A stretch of DNA of 63,464 bases, counting the filler, from Folioceros fuciformis (taxonomy: Eukaryota), in NCBI GenBank assembly GCA_049999805.1. It is 10 parts of 10 records of this genome, joined end to end, with 100 filler letters (N's around TTAATTAATTAA, not from the genome) between each part and the next. Parts side by side here need not be neighbours in the genome. Positions count along the whole stretch, not along the records: positions 55,209 to 61,248 come from JBNGIO010002331.1; positions 61,349 to 63,464 come from JBNGIO010002332.1; 8 more parts are not named here. One strand, given 5' to 3'. The notes under the pieces are model-generated. The model made no database searches. It had not been told where the DNA came from and was given only the letters and a program-made list of their open reading frames with translations. Numbering within the stretch: position 1 is the stretch's first letter; each line of letters opens with the position of its first letter. Shown in pieces: positions 58,201-63,464 of this stretch. The position numbers and the translations under genes are program-made.

Positions 58201-60943
58201 CTGCCCCTCCAAGTGAAGAAACCTGAAGGCGACCAGAGATATCGGCATGCACCAAGTCCAGAGGTTGAGAAGATCTGTAAGCTAGGCCTGTAGGGAAGGG
58301 TTGTTCCTTTTGTTTCGCTAGGGCACATGTCTCACAAAGAGGAAGGTCTTTTAAGCAAGTAGGAAGAGGCTCACGGTAGCAGTCACTAGTACTAAGGGAT
58401 GACAAGGTTTTAAGGTTTAGATGTCCAAGTCGTGCATGCCAGAGAATGGACTGCTATTTAGCCGATAGGTTTCCTACTCTTGTACAGTGAGCTTGCTATT
58501 GACCTCCAACAATGCAGGTAAAGTTAAGCCGATAAAGATCATGCTCAGGTAAGGCCTTGAAAACACACACAGAGGGTGAGTTCTTTCTTGAGAAGCAACA
58601 GAAACCTTCTTTAGCTGTTAGCTAGAAGCTTCCATGTTTAAGCAGTCTACTTAGAGACAGTAAGTTTTTAGCCATACTAGGCACATATAAAACTTCTGAC
58701 AATGTTAGGGTAGATCCATCACTTAGCCTGAATACACAGGAACCCTGTCCTAAAATCTGCAGGCTGGTGGTTTTACGTTCATCACCTCAATACACTCTGT
58801 CTATACTAGAAGAGAGAGCTAAGGATGTGAAGAGGGACTCATCCCAGCATATGTGGGCTGTAGCCCCTGAATCCAGGTACCAGGTTGCTCCATCACCTGT
58901 GAAGGTAGACAAACAGACTGTTAAGATTTTGACCACTGGCTTGTTGGAATCTGCAGGCTTGTCACGAACAACAGCGCTGGCAGTAGAGCGAGAAGACTTG
59001 CGTGGCTCCCCAGCTTTCTTTTTCCTACATTCGTTAGCCTAATGACCAGGTTTACCGCACCAATTACAACTTCCAGTGCGTTTGGTAGAAGGACCTACAT
59101 CATGGCGTTGGCCTTCATTACGATTTCCCTCGTATGTAGACTGTATCCGTGTTTTATCTTTCTGTACCCCTCTACCACGGAAGGTTGTGAGCACTCTGTC
59201 AGCTTTGGTTTTCCCAGACCCTGACATGAGTCTACTTTGTTCTTCCTGGAAGAGGGCTCCTATCACCTCGTCTAAGGTGATAGTTACTTGTCTCCCAGCA
59301 GCACCAGCAGCCATAGCTTGTCTGATGGGAACATTGTGTGCAGATACAAAATTCTGGTAACTGGGTGGCAGGCTAGTGAGCAATTGAGCTATCACATCCA
59401 CCTCATCCATAACAGTACCAAGAGAAGCAAGTTGGGCTTGAAGGTGTCTAAGTTTGCTGGTATGAGCAAGAACTTTGTCCCCTTCTCGCATTTTCAGTCC
59501 ATAGAACTTCATGCGTAAAGCACAAAGTGTAAGGACATTATTTACCTTATAGTGGTTTTCCAATTGTGACCAGATCTCACTGGCCTTGGTAAGAAATTCA
59601 ATCTGGGGAATAAGATCCTTAGTCAGGCCAGAGACAAGGAGGGCAATGGCTATGCTATTAGCATGAGCCCATTTGTCCTTGTCTCCCTAAAGAGCAATGG
59701 AAGCTGGTTCAGGAAGAGAACCATCCACAATGTTCCAAACTCCTCTAGCCAGCAATGTCGACCTCATCCGCACTCTCCACACCTCGTATTTGTGACCAGT
59801 AAACCTGTCCTTTTCTTTTAATTCAGATGTAAAGACAGGGGTATATGATGCAGGAGATGGTGGTGGGTTGACATTAGCCATGGTAGTAGGTTGACCTACG
59901 TTCTAGATAGTTTGGATAAAATCAACCGATTCGCCAATCTTGAGGTTAGAGAGTGATTCGGCTAAATCATCTAGCCAGTCGTCCATACATGGTTGACTAA
60001 CAAAATGATTTATTTATGTAGGGATAAAGGATAGGGCACTAACAGAGGTCATGCTCACGGCAAAACGACAACCTGAACAGGTATTTCCCATAAAACCCTA
60101 AATTAAAAATGCCCTTTCGCATGAACACCGGTTCACATGAAAACTCTAACGGTTTGCTTCCAATTTTTCAAGAATGGGCAATAGGGTGGGGAGAAACAAT
60201 CCTGTTGCTGGCTGCGCCATGGAGATGGCACCCACTGTGGGTTTAGGATGATTGAGGCGCTGAAATTTCTGAATAAGAAAATGCAAGCGCCTACTAATCT
60301 AAGAAATTTTGGTAAAGATTTGATCAATCCTAGTAAGCATCCTGCGAGTCTGAAGCATATCATCAACGCCCTGCATGTGAGTGATAGGGGCCAATTGATC
60401 ATATAAATTGTGGTCAAAGAAATCACGGTCAGACTCCACACCAATACCAAAATTATGAGAATTTAGATCAGTAGTAGCTTGCGGTGATTGAAATATATTA
60501 GATTGATTTGTTTCCCTGGTCTGTACAGGTTTAGGACGACAACGCCTACGGAAAGACATTCTGATGTAGATCACAAGCAGGACAATACTTCATCTGTTAA
60601 AGATAAAAGATCTGAAGCATGATCATTTGATACCAAAGATCATTTGTAAATTAATTTTCTTTTTGCTTTATAGAAACTTCATTTCTTCTACCTACTTGGT
60701 AGCGGAAGCGCTGGCCATAAGAATTAAAAGCCATCGCCCTTTTTTATTAGAGCTCTGATACCATGTTAAGAAATGGTAATGCAGAAAAAGAGCATAAAGC
60801 AAAAAAAAATGATAATCATTAAGTGAGGCTCAAAAGTCTTTTTTTTAAACAACAAGTGATGACGTTTCACTAAACGCTATCCCCTAAAATAAACTAGCTT
60901 AAATAATAGCGAGTTAATGTTTATCCAGCCTTTATTCCAAACA
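55209..60943 (-). mobile_element. Near full-length degenerate Ty1/copia: 5' LTR (about 60943-60764), tRNA-iMet PBS (60763-60752), about 870-nt leader and gag-pol (59881-55471)
   Basis: Gag FTGHKYEVWRVRM, knuckle CNWCGKPGH, protease WYLDSGA, integrase (LVHADISG, RSDNGSEF, ENGVAERKN), RT (CKWVFKHK, mutated YVDN) and RNase H. Many stops and frameshifts. The 3' LTR is beyond the contig edge. Confidence 0.96.
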
Positions 60944-61248
60944 CAACTTGAAGTTTCTCCTGGAGATGGAGTGGACGAAGCTTGTGACTGGAATGGAGCT
61001 CCAGAAGGCAGAACTTGGTTTGTGTCACGCTTGTATGAAAGGCAAGCATCCCCGAAGATCTTCTGTTTCAATCACGAAGAGAGCAAAAGAAGTCTTGGAA
61101 CTTGTCCACTTTGATCTTTGCGGACCAATGCAAGTGGAAGCAAGGATGATACAGGTGAAATACTATATTTCGTTTATCATCAACTATAGTAGGAGAACAG
61201 CGGTGTACTTCCTACGGAAGAAGAGTGACGCTCTCAAGCATTTCAGAT
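60944..61248 (+). mobile_element. Fragment of another Ty1/copia (GAG-pre-integrase and integrase start) hosting the antisense insertion
   Basis: CHACMKGKH...LELVHFDLCGPM...YSRRTAVYFLRKKSD. Confidence 0.9.
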
Positions 61249-61348
61249 NNNNNNNNNNNNNNNNNNNNNNNNNNNNNNNNNNNNNNNNNNNNTTAATTAA
61301 TTAANNNNNNNNNNNNNNNNNNNNNNNNNNNNNNNNNNNNNNNNNNNN
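61249..61348. other. Artificial contig linker
   Basis: N-TTAATTAATTAA-N, 100 bp. Confidence 0.99.
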
Positions 61349-63464
61349 GTATTACCTATAGTATAGATAATTACTAGAGTATAGCTTTCTATTATAGTTA
61401 TAGAGTTTCTATTAGTTTTCTTTATTATCTAAGTATACTAACTCTTCTTCTAATAGTATTTTCTAAGTTTAATATTTAAACGTTTCTACTTAAGTATACT
61501 ATTATACTAAGTTTTAGTAACTAGTAGTATCTTATAAAGTATTCTATTTATCTAGTTATAGTAGAATATTTTCTTTATTTTTCTTAGTATACTAGTTATT
61601 ACTTACTAGAATAGTACTTCTAGCTATTTCTTTATATAGAGTTTATATTATTTTATTAAGTTTCTATATTATATCTATTATAGAGTTTCTATTTAGTTCT
61701 AATATAGTACTAGTTATAGAGTTTCTATCTAGTTTAGAGCTTTCTTTATTCTACTTCTCTACTTAAAAGAGTATATTAAGTATTTAATTAGAGATATTAT
61801 ATTCTCTTCTACCTTTAATACTACTAACGTAATATATTACTTTATTTCTAAACTTATAATTTCTAGTAAAGTATCTAAACTTACTATAGTTATAGTATAT
61901 CTTTATATTATTCTTATTCTCTTTATTTATAGGTTTCTTCTACTTCTTTTCTTTATAGTTAACGTTATTAAAGTATATAGTCTTAGATTAGTTAGAAGTA
62001 TAATATTCTACTATTTAGTTTTCTTATATAGATCTTATAAAGTAGTTTCTTCTTTTACCTATATTAGCTATATTCTTTTTTTAGTAGAAGCTTTATTTCT
62101 TAAGATATAACTTATAGAGTTTATTATTAATTTAAATACTTTCTTCTATAAGTTATTCTAGGCTATTTTAAATAGCTTCTATATATATAAGTTTTTTATA
62201 TACTTAATTCTTTAGACTTTACTTAAATATTCTCTTAAAGAAGTTATTATTCTAGTTTAGTTATATCTTAAGTAATTTAAATTTAGTAGTATAGTCTAAA
62301 ATAAAAGTAGTTTATTAGAGTTATTAAATATTTTATTCTACTACTACTTTCTTCTTCTAAAGTCTAAATACCTTTTAAAGTTACTTCTTAAAGATACTCT
62401 ATTTATTAATTATTCTATTATTTATAGAATTAGTAATATCGTTATTTATATAATAGGTTATATAGAGTTTTATCTAGTTAGCTACTTTATTTCTTATATA
62501 GGTTAAGATAAGTAGAACTTACTTTTCTTTATTAATATTATCTTCTTCTAAGTAAAAGTATATATTTTACTATATAAGCTATATTTTAAGCTTCTTATAT
62601 TCGCTATAGTAAAGATCTAGTTTCTTAGTAACTTTATAATATTTATTACTTCTAGAGCTAGAAGTATTTATTAAAGTATTATTTATCTTAAGAATAATTA
62701 AAGTATTATAGACTATACCTAAGAGTATATAAAGTACTTAAGATATATAATAAATATAGATATTAAGTATAGAAGTACTTAGGTTAAGTTTTATAAATAG
62801 AGTAAATTTAATAAATAAGAGTTAAAATAACTAAGTAGTTTTAAGTATAGTATCTAAGTTAGATAACTAAGTTAATTATAATATTCTAGTAATATTAGAT
62901 CGTAAGATTTATATATATAAGGCTTTCTATAGTTTTTATAAAGTACTATAGAATTCTATAGTTCTTTCTATAGTTCTATACTTATATAAGAGTACTAAGT
63001 ATAGAATTATAGAACTACGTAATCTAGTATTATTAATTAGATATCTAATACTTTAAGGTAACTAGGCTCTATACTTTATATATCTCCTTACTTATAAATA
63101 CTATACCTTACTTTTTAGATTTATTATAATTAGTAGTTAGTAGTTTATTAACTACTACTAACTACTAATTACTAACTACTAATTAGTTATATAATTAGCT
63201 AATTATACTTAAGCTATATCTTACTTAGCTTTATATAATATACTTTCTATATAAGCTACGTACTTAGATAAACTATATACTCTACTAAGACTATACTAAA
63301 CTTTATTAACTTATTATAATTTATAGTAATACTTTAATACTATAACGTATATAGAAAATTTAATAAATCTTAAGTATAGCTTACTATCTAAGCTTTAAAA
63401 TAAGATATATCTCTCTTAATCTAATTTATTATAGCTATATATAATATATCTAAAAGTATACTAT
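61349..63464. other. Very AT-rich contig with a repeat-induced point mutation (RIP) signature, probably a fungal repeat relic
   Basis: I found no CpA or TpG by eye over 2.1 kb. TpA is abundant, C survives mostly as CpT and G as ApG, and there are no ORFs. Confidence 0.85.

Noticed and set aside
61349-63464. Organellar, bisulfite-converted or ordinary AT-rich plant DNA
   Set aside because: The loss is symmetric on both strands and specific to CA/TG. Bisulfite conversion would deplete C on one strand only, and AT-rich plant segments here (e.g. 34850-35250) keep CA/TG.

Overview
This window is eukaryotic and is not one contiguous locus. It is ten unrelated contigs joined by nine identical 100-bp artificial linkers (N44-TTAATTAATTAA-N44), so adjacency across a linker carries no meaning. 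Nine contigs look like land-plant nuclear DNA. Their compact genes and ~70-130 nt introns suggest a non-seed plant such as a hornwort or Selaginella-like lineage (inference only). The plant genes are TON2/FASS (5'-truncated), an organellar-type cysteinyl-tRNA synthetase, an ABC1/ADCK kinase, two convergent paralogous F-box genes, a nepenthesin-like aspartic protease, a disrupted malectin-like LRR receptor kinase and an intronless LRR pseudogene. Much of the rest is nested, decayed LTR retrotransposons (several Ty1/copia, one Athila/Tat-type Ty3/gypsy), a CRE-like non-LTR endonuclease relic, tandem repeats and three copies of an unclassified repeat carrying an unrecognised conserved domain. The last contig (61349-63464) has essentially no CpA/TpG dinucleotides, the signature of fungal repeat-induced point mutation, and probably comes from an ascomycete associate or contaminant. 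I cannot support a clear new biological system. The best leads are the unclassified repeat family and its large inverted arrangement, the 70-bp bidirectional promoter, the apparently chimeric protease, a candidate 28-aa micropeptide and the RIP-type contig. All coordinates, alignments and family assignments were made by eye or from memory, without any search.
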